Positions 44,874 to 55,815 of a stretch of 64,000 nucleotides of DNA are shown piece by piece (within the stretch, counting starts at the first letter, position 1; every line of letters starts with the position of its first letter). A model generated the notes under the pieces. The model saw only the letters and a program-made list of their open reading frames with translations. It made no database searches and had not been told where the DNA came from. This DNA comes from a virus (lineage: Duplodnaviria > Caudoviricetes). Position numbers and translations under genes: made by a program. The stretch lies in the IMG/VR virus record IMGVR_UViG_3300037847_002819, positions 31,890 through 95,889 of that record; one strand, 5' to 3'.

Positions 44874-45467
44874 ATGTCTGTATTAGCGTTAGATATTGAA
44901 ACAAAGAATATGTCACATGACATAGGTGGGTTTGGTAATACCCATATGTTTCAAGTATCAACTGTTGCCACTTGGGATGGTTCAAATGGCACTGTTTATG
45001 TTGATGAACCTGTTGATTCTTTTGCTAAGTCTGGTCATGTAATTAAACCTCTTTCTGAATTAAAATATGATTTAGATAATCATTTGCAAAAAGGAGGAAG
45101 TGTGCTAGGTCATAATATAGCGGCCTTTGATTTACCTATTCTTAGAGACTCTATGGATATTTATTGCATTCATAAATATCTAAATGAAGAAAAGTATATT
45201 GATACAAGTAAATATATTCTAAAAGAACATGGTGAAAGAATACAATTAAAGAACCTTGTAAAATGTTCTTTAGATGATGCTAAACTAATGGAAAGTGCTG
45301 ATGCACCTAAATTATGGAAAATGGGAAGATACGATGAAGTGGTTGAGTATTGTATGAAAGATACTCAATTAGTATATGACCTTTGGAAGTATGGACAGGA
45401 TAATGGTATTGTTAAAGCGTTTTCTATCGAAAAAGAAGAATTTGTGGAATTAGGAGTGGAATGGTAA
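44874..45467 (+). CDS. DEDD/RNase H-like 3-prime-5-prime exonuclease
   Basis: LDIET, GHN...FD, YC.KD. Confidence 0.85.
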   Translation: MSVLALDIETKNMSHDIGGFGNTHMFQVSTVATWDGSNGTVYVDEPVDSFAKSGHVIKPLSELKYDLDNHLQKGGSVLGHNIAAFDLPILRDSMDIYCIHKYLNEEKYIDTSKYILKEHGERIQLKNLVKCSLDDAKLMESADAPKLWKMGRYDEVVEYCMKDTQLVYDLWKYGQDNGIVKAFSIEKEEFVELGVEW

Positions 45468-45622
45468 TGTCAACGGCAGAATGGTTTGGCCTACTTGTTT
45501 TCCTAGTAATCATCACATTATTGTTCTTTGCCGCTTTTGGTGGTAATAATATTACAGACCAAAGTGTTGAAGACTATATGAGAAGATTAGTAGGAGAAAA
45601 AGAAGGTGACAATAATAAATGA
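45467..45622 (+). CDS. small membrane protein
   Basis: Manually found; WFGLLVFLVIITLLFFAAF transmembrane segment. Confidence 0.6.
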   Translation: MSTAEWFGLLVFLVIITLLFFAAFGGNNITDQSVEDYMRRLVGEKEGDNNK

Positions 45623-45777
45623 GTTTAAAGCAAACTTGTAAGTATTGTAATACGCCTACATTAGCGAAGCGTATATTAGGATTTTACATAGGTTCTAATG
45701 ATAAAATTAAATTGTGGGAATGCCGAGAATGTGGCGGCATTTGGTCTAACAAAACTAAAGGGGGAGGTAGTCTTTAA
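45619..45777 (+). CDS. Zn-ribbon protein (CKYC...CREC)
   Basis: Manually found; last plus-strand gene. Confidence 0.6.
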   Translation: MSLKQTCKYCNTPTLAKRILGFYIGSNDKIKLWECRECGGIWSNKTKGGGSL

Positions 45778-45847
45778 TAGGCTACTTCCCCCATTTTTTT
45801 TGTCATTTTTTTTCTTGAAAAAATACTCTAAATTGGAGTATTTTTTA
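45760..45847. terminator. convergent terminator zone
   Basis: GGGGGAGGTAGTCT/AGGCTACTTCCCCC plus T7; AAAAAATACTCT/GGAGTATTTTTT palindrome at the strand switch. Confidence 0.75.
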
Positions 45848-45850
45848 TTA

Positions 45851-46336
45851 TCATGGGATAGTTACTCCGTTAGCAATAAATTGCAAAGGAACAACAACTG
45901 CGCTAACTCCATCAAAAACAATGCACCTTACAGTAAAAAATGCTTCAAATGGTGCGTCTAAATCAGATGCCGGTCTTGCACCATCAATTGTTAAAGTGTT
46001 ATATCTCGGTGTATTTGTAGTTCCAGTTGAATTAATTGAGAATCTTGGTGTAGGAGAACCAAGAGGATTAGGATTGTTAGGATAAGTGTCAGAAATTTCA
46101 TCAAGCCAACCGGCTTGCCAATTATAAGTATATGCTCCTGTTCCTCCCGATGCTACTACTGATACATCAAATCCTCCTTGATTAGTAAATGTTACAACTG
46201 AACCTGTTGCTGACCCTACTACATCAATTATTTCATTAAATGGGGCAATTGGGTCAATTGTGGCTGATAAAGGCCCACCGCCTCTTTTTGCTTTTGAACC
46301 AAAACCCGAAACTGTTCTTCCAAACATAGTTATCAC
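45851..46336 (-). CDS. putative tail-tip/fibre accessory protein (Ig-like beta sandwich)
   Basis: ASGGTGAYTYNW motif; end of tail operon. Confidence 0.6.
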   Translation of the reverse strand: MITMFGRTVSGFGSKAKRGGGPLSATIDPIAPFNEIIDVVGSATGSVVTFTNQGGFDVSVVASGGTGAYTYNWQAGWLDEISDTYPNNPNPLGSPTPRFSINSTGTTNTPRYNTLTIDGARPASDLDAPFEAFFTVRCIVFDGVSAVVVPLQFIANGVTIP

Positions 46337-48441
46337 TCATCATTATGTCCATCTATTGTATAAAACAATTTAATTCCTAAAAGAAGCGCATCTTCATTTA
46401 GAGTATCGTTAGAATCTGAAACATCTCTATACACTTGGAAACAGGTTAAATCATTTGCGGCTGGTGAACCGCCAATTGTAATTGCACTACTTTCTGCACT
46501 AATATGAACATATCTAACCGTTCCTACTTGTGTATCATCAGTTACAACGGGAGTTCCGAATGCAGTATCAATTGCGTCATTATTAGATAATGAAACACCT
46601 TGAAGCCCCCAAGAAACTCCACCGCTTGTTTCATAAATATTAGTCCAATAGAATTGTGCGGTAATCGTTCCTTCATTCCACATTTTAGGCATAGCAATTG
46701 TAAATTGAGCGTGTTCGTCTGAATCTTTATCAAACGCTAATGCTCTAATATCCGGCCTACCGGCAGTTGCGGCGGCAGTTGTGGCTAAATCAGCACAACC
46801 GGCATCATTTCTAGGACTAATCGCTTCTGCTGGAATCCAAATAGAATGTTTTCCACCAAGTAAAACGGGATAATCTTCTCCTTGTGTAGTTTGACTTGAA
46901 GGATGGAAAGCCGTGTAATGCAAGTGAGCATCTGTTTTAGTCCAAATATGACCTACTTCCTTATTACTTGTAGTATTTTGTGGAAGCGCATCTCCTCTAA
47001 ATAGACCTATTGCTGCTGCCCAAGCAAGCGCACTAACATTGTTTTCTTTGGCAGTTCCGCCATAAAAAGTAACAGACGGAAATGGTGAAGCACTATCGTC
47101 ATTATTATCCACTTGTTTGATATACAACTTTAATGCACCTTGCGCTTGTGAATCGGTAGCGTGGGTTGAGGAAGCATCTAAACTTGTCCCTGCAATAGAA
47201 ACATAAGTGACTTCTGCATCAGAACCGCCCGCATGAGTTTCTATTCCATCAAACTTAATTACACCTAAGTTTTGGTCGTCAACTATACTTGAATCATTAC
47301 GGAAAAATGAAATATCCGGTGCGGCATTATTGCCACTTGTAGCGGTTTCAACTCTAAGTGCATTATCTGTTTCTGAAGTATTTTTAATATGTAAATTAGC
47401 AGTTGGAGTAGTAGTTCCAATACCTACTCTTGAAACATCACCATCAATTCTCATTACTTCCGTAGTTACGCCACCGTCATTTACTTGAAATATAATATCT
47501 TTATCTTGAGTTACATTTTCGATAATTGCATTATCAGAAGATGTGCTTAATTTCAAATCAGTGTTAATTGTTGTTGCACCGTTCACTGTCAAATCAGTTC
47601 CAACAGTAGCAGTGGTTGTAGTGGTTAATCCACCGCCAATAGTTACATTATCGGAAGTGTCCATTGTAATTGTTGAACCACCATCAGATGCTTGAATTAC
47701 ATTTCCACCGACTTTAATGTTCCCACCGGAATGAAGAAGTCCTTCTGTTGAAACTTCTCCATCTCCTTGAACCTTAAATTGAACCTGTGATGCACTATCA
47801 ATAACTTCAAAAGTATCTGTTGCGGCAGTTCCGGCTAATTTAACTTTAACATCTGTGCTACTTCCAGCAGTAATCGTTGTTACTCCACTAGCACCACTAA
47901 TATTAGCAGTTTCAGTATAAGCACCCGAATTATCATAACCAATGCTTAAATCATTACTAACTTTACTTGTAGTTAAAAATTGCACTAATCTATCAGTAGT
48001 AGCATTAGAACCTTGAGCCGAACCTGCAACTAATTTAATTACTGCAATAGGAATATCACCATCTGTTAAATCTGGTATTCTATTAGTAACTGAATTAGAA
48101 CCTCTTAATGCCATTGTGTTATTTGCTTGAGCAACTAACAATTGGTAAACATCTTCTGTTGCATGAACGCCTGTTAAATTAGTAGCATTTAATTGTGTTA
48201 TTGTAACTAATTTACCATCTCTATATGCTTTACCTGTCGTTACTGCTATTTGTGTATAAGTGCTAGAAGTTAGGGTAATATCAAAATCAGTAGCACTTCC
48301 TTTAATAGCATAGTTTCCTCTAATACCTTGACTTAACGCTTTAATTAATCCGGAGTGCGGATAATCAATATCGTCAGATATTTGCGTTGTTGTGGTTACT
48401 CCTGATGTAGTGCTATAATGATGCGGGTTTTCTATTGCCAT
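46333..48441 (-). CDS. tail fibre / receptor-binding protein
   Basis: Gly/Thr-rich beta repeats, EVMRIDG..RVGIGTTTP...LH motif, C-terminal beta-sandwich. Confidence 0.8.
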   Translation of the reverse strand: MAIENPHHYSTTSGVTTTTQISDDIDYPHSGLIKALSQGIRGNYAIKGSATDFDITLTSSTYTQIAVTTGKAYRDGKLVTITQLNATNLTGVHATEDVYQLLVAQANNTMALRGSNSVTNRIPDLTDGDIPIAVIKLVAGSAQGSNATTDRLVQFLTTSKVSNDLSIGYDNSGAYTETANISGASGVTTITAGSSTDVKVKLAGTAATDTFEVIDSASQVQFKVQGDGEVSTEGLLHSGGNIKVGGNVIQASDGGSTITMDTSDNVTIGGGLTTTTTATVGTDLTVNGATTINTDLKLSTSSDNAIIENVTQDKDIIFQVNDGGVTTEVMRIDGDVSRVGIGTTTPTANLHIKNTSETDNALRVETATSGNNAAPDISFFRNDSSIVDDQNLGVIKFDGIETHAGGSDAEVTYVSIAGTSLDASSTHATDSQAQGALKLYIKQVDNNDDSASPFPSVTFYGGTAKENNVSALAWAAAIGLFRGDALPQNTTSNKEVGHIWTKTDAHLHYTAFHPSSQTTQGEDYPVLLGGKHSIWIPAEAISPRNDAGCADLATTAAATAGRPDIRALAFDKDSDEHAQFTIAMPKMWNEGTITAQFYWTNIYETSGGVSWGLQGVSLSNNDAIDTAFGTPVVTDDTQVGTVRYVHISAESSAITIGGSPAANDLTCFQVYRDVSDSNDTLNEDALLLGIKLFYTIDGHNDE

Positions 48442-48442
48442 T

Positions 48443-48796
48443 TCATTCCACCTCTAATATAAAAAATATCTCTAAATCACTAGTATTTGCTATTGGCCCA
48501 ATTGCGTCAAAATTTAACCTAGCCAACATATTATCATTTGAATCAAAAAAGGCTGCTTCTCTAATACTTTTACCTGTTAAATTAGTATTAGAACCTGCTA
48601 TTCTTAAACTATATTCAACAGTATTTTCATCGGACTTAATTGCTGATTTAGTATATGCCGCATCAGCCGCCCCTATATCAACATCTAAATCCGTTGCAGA
48701 AGGGCTAGTTGAATTTCCTCCTTGACCCACTCTAGCATTACTTAGCAGTGTAACTAATTGGGTTGCCATTAATGATTTGAATTTATCTGTTATCAA
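48443..48796 (-). CDS. tail/baseplate protein
   Basis: IREAAFFD....MLAR pattern resembling fibre-attachment domains. Confidence 0.6.
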   Translation of the reverse strand: MITDKFKSLMATQLVTLLSNARVGQGGNSTSPSATDLDVDIGAADAAYTKSAIKSDENTVEYSLRIAGSNTNLTGKSIREAAFFDSNDNMLARLNFDAIGPIANTSDLEIFFILEVE

Positions 48797-51700
48797 TATT
48801 CTTCCTCCAATAATATTGTATGGGTAACTCCTTGCCCTTCCTCATGCCCTAGTGGTCGGGTGTTGGTATTTAGATGTGTTCCAAATCCTAAAACCGCACC
48901 ACCGCTACTACTTCTTTCTCTAATCGTTAGTCTGATAGGTTTTATTTTAATTTTTTCTAAAAAGGTATTATACACACTACTTTCATCGAATTTAACATTT
49001 CTTGTTGATGCTCTAATATTTCTTTGTTCTATTGCTAATTCAGCAAACCTATCTTCTAATTGTTTAGAATATCTTCCTAATTGTAGCCTCATGTTTCCTA
49101 ATAATAAATGTTCCACTTGCAATACCAAAAACTGATTTCTAAATATAGACTCTCTTGCTATTTCTAATTCTATTACATCACCTGCTCGTAATTGCGATAA
49201 ATGTTTATGCCCCACAGTAATAGTTATTTTTTCGTTTAATTCGGTATGTAATTTTAATAATTGAAAAGCGTGTTTATCTGTTTCTTCTTGGGTTATTAAA
49301 GTATCATCATAAACTTCTAAAGTTTTCTTTCCTATTTGACTAATAGAAAACATATCTCTTCGTGTTGTTTTAGTATTTTTTCCATATACAATTACTTCAT
49401 TATAAAAATCAAACATATTCTTAGTTTTTTCGTAATCATATATTTCAACATCTCCGGTATCTTTTATTAGAATGCCTGTAAAGAAAGACGAATCATCTCT
49501 ATTTTTAATTTGGAAAGTATTATCAAAATGCAATACTTTATCTTTTTTAGATAAAAGATTGTTAATTGCGCTAAATAAATCTATTCCTTGATAGTTAGGT
49601 GCTAAGAATAAAGGATAGTTTGTCGCTGATGAAGTAAATTCAATATCATTTTCTTCAAGTAAAGTATTTATTAAATCATCTGTTTCACTGCAAATAGTGA
49701 CACCTGTGCCTATCATAGCCCTTTCATATTCGCCTTCTATTTCATCTTTTATTTTTATTGTAAAAGGTTCGCTTATTGAAGGAACTCCTATCATTTCTTG
49801 CATTTCTTCAAAATTTAAGAAATATCCTATATCATCATCATCATCGGTATAAGTTACTGCGGTTCTTAACTTATTTTCTCCATCAGCAATTATCAATGAT
49901 TTATTCATCTGTATTCCAGCAGTAGTCTCTCCACTAATAGTTTTTCTTATATCTAGTTTACCTTGTTTATACAGATTACCACTATTTTCTGTATCTAATA
50001 CAACATACATTGACAATGCCGCTTCTTGGCCTCCTGTGTTGTAATGTATTGCCGATGCTCCCGTTCCTATACTGTTTCCTAGTGTTCTTTCACCAGCAGA
50101 TTCAACTAAAGTATAATCTTTAATATCAGTATAACAAGAATTTTCTCCACTAATTTTAGTGTATTTAGAAGAAAGTTCGTTTAATCTTATATTTTTAGGG
50201 CTGAAATTATAAAAACAAGTATGGTTAGGTTGCATTAGTCTATACCACCCAACAGGCAATTCTATGTTAGTTGTTATAATATGTCTTAAACTTGTATTTG
50301 TTGTATCTATTGTATGTGATAAAATATATGCAATTTTATCGGGAGTTTGCCCATTTAATGAAGGGTTAGTTATAAAGTTACTACTATACGAACCAATTGA
50401 ACCATCTTCTTCATAATATTTACCTGCTTCACTTACTAAATAACAACCTGTTAAATCGTTAATAACATCTAAAAATAGCCTAGATATATTTCCTTCTGCC
50501 GTAGTCGAACCGTCTAATAAAGAGTTAATAGCAACTGCTTCATCAATATCAATAATATAATTGTAGGTTGAACCTCCGACTCTATTTTTTCTAGTATCAA
50601 CAGTCAAGTCCCTCGGAGAAGATGTGGTAGTAACATTATTATTTATTCTAAATAAAGAACTACTATCTATTTGAGTAATTACAGAATTATTTGGTATAGG
50701 TAATCCTGTTATTTTCATACCCACTCTTAATGCAGTAGTATCTCCCGAAGCCATTTGAATAATTTTAGGATTGCTTCCAAAAGAAGAACCGCTACCGGCA
50801 GTAGTATCTGTGTTACAGGATATGTCGAAAGTTACATCTTCACTAATATACAATCTAGGTTTGAATCCCATTAATACTCCGTCTGCTGTTTTACCCGCAG
50901 TATGGGTATTTGTAGTTAAAGTGTTATCTTCCCACTTAGCAAAATCAAATTGTGTTTTCATGCTAATACAAGCGAAATGGTCGTGACCGGTTTCATCTAT
51001 TGTTCTAATACTTCCGCCCATAATAGGTTGCCCTACCATTCCTTTACTCGCTTTAGCACCATTAGCGTTTTCAACATTAAATCTATCTAAGAATAAAGGT
51101 AGCATTCCTTTGTAAAGTAATTCTTCTGCTGAACAATCATTAGAATTACCTTCTTCTTTCATTCTAGATAATTTGTAAAATACTTTAGAAGGAGGCCAAA
51201 AAGAAAAGTTTGTTGATAAGGTATGGACTAATCCTTGAAGGCTTTGTTCATCCATATTAATAGGTAGCCATAAATTAGGGTCACGGTGTTCATGCCCTGC
51301 CGGTGCAACCCCTAAATCATTATTGTATGTGTCTTCAAAGGCACTACCGCTTTCTCCGTAATATTCAGTTCCACCACTACTTTCACCTACTCTTCTAGCA
51401 ACCATTGTTTTCAACATATGTATTTGGTTTTGGAATCTAGCAAAAGTATCTCCTTTACCATGACCTGTTATCCTAGCAGTTCTATTACTATTATTATTAG
51501 GATAAGAAGAATTATATCCCGCACTTACAAAATGTAATCTTCCGGTAAAAAAAGAATTTCCGTTTGTTTTAATTGGCCCATCTGATAAATCTATTTTATA
51601 TGGGTCACCACCACTTCCTGTTCCACTTGTTCCAGAAATAGTTCCTATATATCTTCCATTATCATCAAATATAAAATTTCCAGAAGTAATGCCGAAACCG

Positions 51701-54700
51701 GAAGGATTAGAATTTAATTCGATAGCATTGGAAACATAATCACTAACTGCTACATTACCGCCACTAAATAAGGAATCTAATTGTTTTGGCATCTTAAATG
51801 AATAATTCCATTGAGGTAATACCTTGTCTTTTGCCGGAGCATTTTCGGGGTCTATTTGATTAAAAGCAAAATCAACTACTACTTCTGTTAATCTCATTAT
51901 TGAGAATCTTGTAAGATTGGCTAAATTTGCTTCGCTAGAACTAATATCAACCATTGAATAACTTGAGTCATTAAGATTTATATTTTTACTTCCTCCAAAA
52001 AATTGTTCTTTATCATCAGAAAAATCAACAATAGAGGGTTTTTTAAGCAAAAATAAATTGTATTTTTCTAAACTTCTTCCTGTTCTCAACAAACTGTCTT
52101 TTCGTGCGCTTGAATACCCTACAATATCTCCGTTAATAAACAAAAACATTCTTGCAATTTTAGGGTCTAGTAAGTCTAAGTTATCAACTGCGGTAAATGG
52201 AGAACTTTTTCCTGTTGCGGTATCTGATATATCTGTTGGGTCTTTATAGAAAGCAACCCTTTCTGGACTACCTCCACTTTTAGTTACCTTTTGTTCAAAA
52301 AATTTAGAACCTGCGGCATTAGTCCAACCACGACTTTCTGGTAAAATATGATTATCTGCGGCATCTTTTCCTGTTTTTCCGTAATGAACTAAATTTGTTG
52401 CTCCTATTCCTCTATATGCATTCGCATAATATTTAATTTTAGAAGATATATCAGAATAATAAAGAGCGTTGGTTCTTTCACAAGCAATAGGTTCTGTGGT
52501 TTTATTAATATTACCCTTTTCAATATTAAAAATCCTATAATAAGGAGAACCATATTTATCTGCATATGCTATTTCACCTGTTTCAGAACTTTGAAATAAT
52601 TCATAATTTAGAGGAACTGTTATTGTGAAATTATCTGTTGAGGTTCGATTTTCAGGATTTGCTAAAATTATTGTTTTTCCTCCATGTAAGTGTGCGCCAT
52701 TTAAGAAATTCATTTCATGGGTTTTATGACTAGTTTCTCCATCAGTTTGATAATTTAGAACTCTAATATATAAATTATCAATGTCTTGTTCTAACACTTT
52801 GCTAACATATATTGTAATTGTATCTGCCGCTTCATTCAAATCGGCTTGGATAAATCTGCCTAAGTAAGTAACTGTTCCTAAATTATCGTTTTGCGTTGTG
52901 CTGGCATAAACAGGATTTCCATGATGTTTTCTTTGATTGGCCGTTGAAGAAAGTGATTCAGTGGAACTTGTTGCTGGAATAGTAAAATAACGATTTCCTA
53001 CTGTGCTGGCATTCACTTGTCCTAAGTCAGTCGAAGATAAATCAGTATCTATCATATTAGCATAGTTAATATCCACTCTTCCTAAAGTTAAAGGAATGTA
53101 TGGTGCTAACTCAACAATAGTTTCATTATTATTATCATCTTCTGTAATATTTAAAACTGTAAAATCTAATAAAGTATTAACTGTATCAAAATCTGAAAAT
53201 GCCTTATTTACGCCATCATTGGTTCGACCATCATCAAGTCTCCCTTCAAAGATAGGGCTTTTTTTCACACCCTTTATTCCTGAAATATAATACCCTACTG
53301 ATTCAGAATTATTAGTATTAGCACTACTACCTACTAGTTCAACAACTTCTCCTCCAGAACCATTTAGGGTAGTGCCTCCATTAAAATATAATCCTTTATT
53401 AGAAGCACCGCTTAAAGTGGAAACAGTATTTGTTTTAGTATTTGCAGACATGGCTTTATTAAACATATAGTATTTAGAATTAGATGTATATAATTCATAA
53501 CTATAATCTATACTACTATCAATGATTCCTGTTTCATTTATTGATGTTAAACAATCAGCGTGTAAAGTAATGGTATTTCCAGAAACACTCTTTAATATTC
53601 CCAAGAAAATAAATTTTGAATGTGCATTGGTATGAGCAAATAACAACTTTCCTTCATCAGAAGTAGTTAAAATAGCACTACCTGAACCATTATCGTTATT
53701 ACTCACAACAATGTCGGGTGATGACATTGAGGCAGAAATGATGACATTACCGCTACTTGCCATATTTTCTCCAGATGCATTTTGTGGTGGAATTAAAGGA
53801 GTATAAGGACTATGTGAAGAATAAATAATATCTTTAGAATGTAATGTATTTTTATTTATTATTGGGCCTAATAGTTTTCTTATTTCTGAACGACCAGAAA
53901 GTTCGAAAATAGTCTGCCCATTTTCTTTGTAATAAGAATTTTTTTCTATTGAACCATCAAATTTTTCAACTTCAATATAATAAGAACCTTCCATATAATC
54001 TAATGCCGAAACTCCTGTATTTGTTGTTGTTGGAAAACTAAGCGTCAACAACTGTTTATTTTTATCAGAATTAGTAACAGTGGCTTCTAGGAAACTAAAA
54101 TCTTTAGATATTAATTTAACATAAAGCCTATCATTTCTATTTTCTAAAATATCAAAAGTAGTTAATAAAGTGCTATCAGTAGTATTCCACGCCCTTCTAT
54201 AAATAACACTTCCGTCAGTTAAACTATATGAAGAAGCAGAACTAAAGATTCCTCCCGTTTCTAATCTATGGACTGCTCTAAATTTAACATCTTGTTCTTT
54301 TCCCGTAGTGCCTAAATTATTGATAGCGTCTATTGTTTCAACAATTAGAATGCGATTTCCTATTTTAACTTCATCACCCAAATTAAACATAGTGCTTAAA
54401 TCATATTCGGTAGTGAATCTGTATTCATTTAGACCTAGATAAGATTTTATTTTAGCCTTTAATGCAAACCAATCATTGAAATTACCCTTATGTAATCTAT
54501 GCCTAACTCTTAATTTATCAAAAGTGTTTATTTTAGCAGGTAGCAATCTTTTAGTATCAACTACCTTTGTTTCACAATAACTGCCTCTTGTTCCTATGGA
54601 TTCTTCTAATGTTAAATCAATTACATTATACAATTTATTTGCTCTAGTAGGAGAAAAGTCATAATGGACATATCTTGTTGGCCCTCTATATGAAAGATTA

Positions 54701-55815
54701 CTTAAAGGGTCTATATCTAAATTAGTGCTTCTTTTAGCATTATGAAAACAATCATCATAGTCGCCAAAAGAATCAGGTGGGCTAATCAATTGATATGTTC
54801 CGCTAGTAAATTCTTGTGCTAAGGAGCGAGGAATATTAAATACTTCTGCATAAGCAGGGTAGTCCATATCTTTTAGATTATCTGTTAATGTTAAATTCAT
54901 TGTATATTTACTATAATCTTTAATTACATAGCCATTATCTTGTGATGTAACAAAGGTGTTTTTAACACTAGGTTCAGTAGTTGTAGTGTTCGCACCCTTA
55001 AATTTCATAAAATATTTAGTATTATGGTCTAATTGATTCTTTTTATCTAAATTGTCATTAAAGAAGTAAAATAAAGGTTCAGCACATACTAAGTCTTCTT
55101 GTAAATTATTTTTAATACCTGCTGAAACTGCTAAAATTTTACAACCTCTATCATCATCTAAAATCTTTGGCCCTCTAAATACCATAAACTTAGTTCCTTC
55201 TGCTATTTCTGTTCCTAATCTTGGCTCAAAATCAAAAGAATCTCCGGCATTATCATCATTATTTAATTGAGTAATTTTAGCAAAATGATGTAATAAGTGA
55301 TTATCTGAGTGTATTAAAACAAAATAATTGTAGGTGTTCAGGTCTATCGCACTTAATGATACTCCTTCTGATGTTGCAGCATGGAAGTTTTTGATTCTAA
55401 ATCCTTCTGTTGTTTCTAAATTTAAGTATTCTGTATCTGCACTATCTGAACCTTGTAATTGCTGAACAAAATTTTCAGCAGAACCCGTTAAAGTATGTTC
55501 ATAAATAATAGTGTATAATCTTTCATTTCCAGAAAATGCACCAAATGTTCTAAATTTAGGATTAGTAGGAACATTATAATTAGTCTTATTAAATGTAGCA
55601 TTAATTGTAGCGGCTGAACCTCCAATAGTATTGCTTAAAGTAACTTGATTACTACCCAATCCTGTGGCAACAATACGAGAATTGTCAGGAATACCATCTC
55701 CTGTTACACCCATTCCTATGTAATAAGTTCCATTAACATTAGATAAAACGGTATTAGTATTTCGATAAACTTCTTCAACAATACTTTCGTTAGATTCAGC
55801 AAAAATACGGGTCAT
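48793..55815 (-). CDS. large (2340 aa) tail tip / baseplate hub protein
   Basis: Position after TMP and Dit; GR...KLL and C-terminal N.VIVYG...S....G...L..GD.I hub segments with large beta-rich insertions. Confidence 0.75.
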   Translation of the reverse strand: MTRIFAESNESIVEEVYRNTNTVLSNVNGTYYIGMGVTGDGIPDNSRIVATGLGSNQVTLSNTIGGSAATINATFNKTNYNVPTNPKFRTFGAFSGNERLYTIIYEHTLTGSAENFVQQLQGSDSADTEYLNLETTEGFRIKNFHAATSEGVSLSAIDLNTYNYFVLIHSDNHLLHHFAKITQLNNDDNAGDSFDFEPRLGTEIAEGTKFMVFRGPKILDDDRGCKILAVSAGIKNNLQEDLVCAEPLFYFFNDNLDKKNQLDHNTKYFMKFKGANTTTTEPSVKNTFVTSQDNGYVIKDYSKYTMNLTLTDNLKDMDYPAYAEVFNIPRSLAQEFTSGTYQLISPPDSFGDYDDCFHNAKRSTNLDIDPLSNLSYRGPTRYVHYDFSPTRANKLYNVIDLTLEESIGTRGSYCETKVVDTKRLLPAKINTFDKLRVRHRLHKGNFNDWFALKAKIKSYLGLNEYRFTTEYDLSTMFNLGDEVKIGNRILIVETIDAINNLGTTGKEQDVKFRAVHRLETGGIFSSASSYSLTDGSVIYRRAWNTTDSTLLTTFDILENRNDRLYVKLISKDFSFLEATVTNSDKNKQLLTLSFPTTTNTGVSALDYMEGSYYIEVEKFDGSIEKNSYYKENGQTIFELSGRSEIRKLLGPIINKNTLHSKDIIYSSHSPYTPLIPPQNASGENMASSGNVIISASMSSPDIVVSNNDNGSGSAILTTSDEGKLLFAHTNAHSKFIFLGILKSVSGNTITLHADCLTSINETGIIDSSIDYSYELYTSNSKYYMFNKAMSANTKTNTVSTLSGASNKGLYFNGGTTLNGSGGEVVELVGSSANTNNSESVGYYISGIKGVKKSPIFEGRLDDGRTNDGVNKAFSDFDTVNTLLDFTVLNITEDDNNNETIVELAPYIPLTLGRVDINYANMIDTDLSSTDLGQVNASTVGNRYFTIPATSSTESLSSTANQRKHHGNPVYASTTQNDNLGTVTYLGRFIQADLNEAADTITIYVSKVLEQDIDNLYIRVLNYQTDGETSHKTHEMNFLNGAHLHGGKTIILANPENRTSTDNFTITVPLNYELFQSSETGEIAYADKYGSPYYRIFNIEKGNINKTTEPIACERTNALYYSDISSKIKYYANAYRGIGATNLVHYGKTGKDAADNHILPESRGWTNAAGSKFFEQKVTKSGGSPERVAFYKDPTDISDTATGKSSPFTAVDNLDLLDPKIARMFLFINGDIVGYSSARKDSLLRTGRSLEKYNLFLLKKPSIVDFSDDKEQFFGGSKNINLNDSSYSMVDISSSEANLANLTRFSIMRLTEVVVDFAFNQIDPENAPAKDKVLPQWNYSFKMPKQLDSLFSGGNVAVSDYVSNAIELNSNPSGFGITSGNFIFDDNGRYIGTISGTSGTGSGGDPYKIDLSDGPIKTNGNSFFTGRLHFVSAGYNSSYPNNNSNRTARITGHGKGDTFARFQNQIHMLKTMVARRVGESSGGTEYYGESGSAFEDTYNNDLGVAPAGHEHRDPNLWLPINMDEQSLQGLVHTLSTNFSFWPPSKVFYKLSRMKEEGNSNDCSAEELLYKGMLPLFLDRFNVENANGAKASKGMVGQPIMGGSIRTIDETGHDHFACISMKTQFDFAKWEDNTLTTNTHTAGKTADGVLMGFKPRLYISEDVTFDISCNTDTTAGSGSSFGSNPKIIQMASGDTTALRVGMKITGLPIPNNSVITQIDSSSLFRINNNVTTTSSPRDLTVDTRKNRVGGSTYNYIIDIDEAVAINSLLDGSTTAEGNISRLFLDVINDLTGCYLVSEAGKYYEEDGSIGSYSSNFITNPSLNGQTPDKIAYILSHTIDTTNTSLRHIITTNIELPVGWYRLMQPNHTCFYNFSPKNIRLNELSSKYTKISGENSCYTDIKDYTLVESAGERTLGNSIGTGASAIHYNTGGQEAALSMYVVLDTENSGNLYKQGKLDIRKTISGETTAGIQMNKSLIIADGENKLRTAVTYTDDDDDIGYFLNFEEMQEMIGVPSISEPFTIKIKDEIEGEYERAMIGTGVTICSETDDLINTLLEENDIEFTSSATNYPLFLAPNYQGIDLFSAINNLLSKKDKVLHFDNTFQIKNRDDSSFFTGILIKDTGDVEIYDYEKTKNMFDFYNEVIVYGKNTKTTRRDMFSISQIGKKTLEVYDDTLITQEETDKHAFQLLKLHTELNEKITITVGHKHLSQLRAGDVIELEIARESIFRNQFLVLQVEHLLLGNMRLQLGRYSKQLEDRFAELAIEQRNIRASTRNVKFDESSVYNTFLEKIKIKPIRLTIRERSSSGGAVLGFGTHLNTNTRPLGHEEGQGVTHTILLEEEY

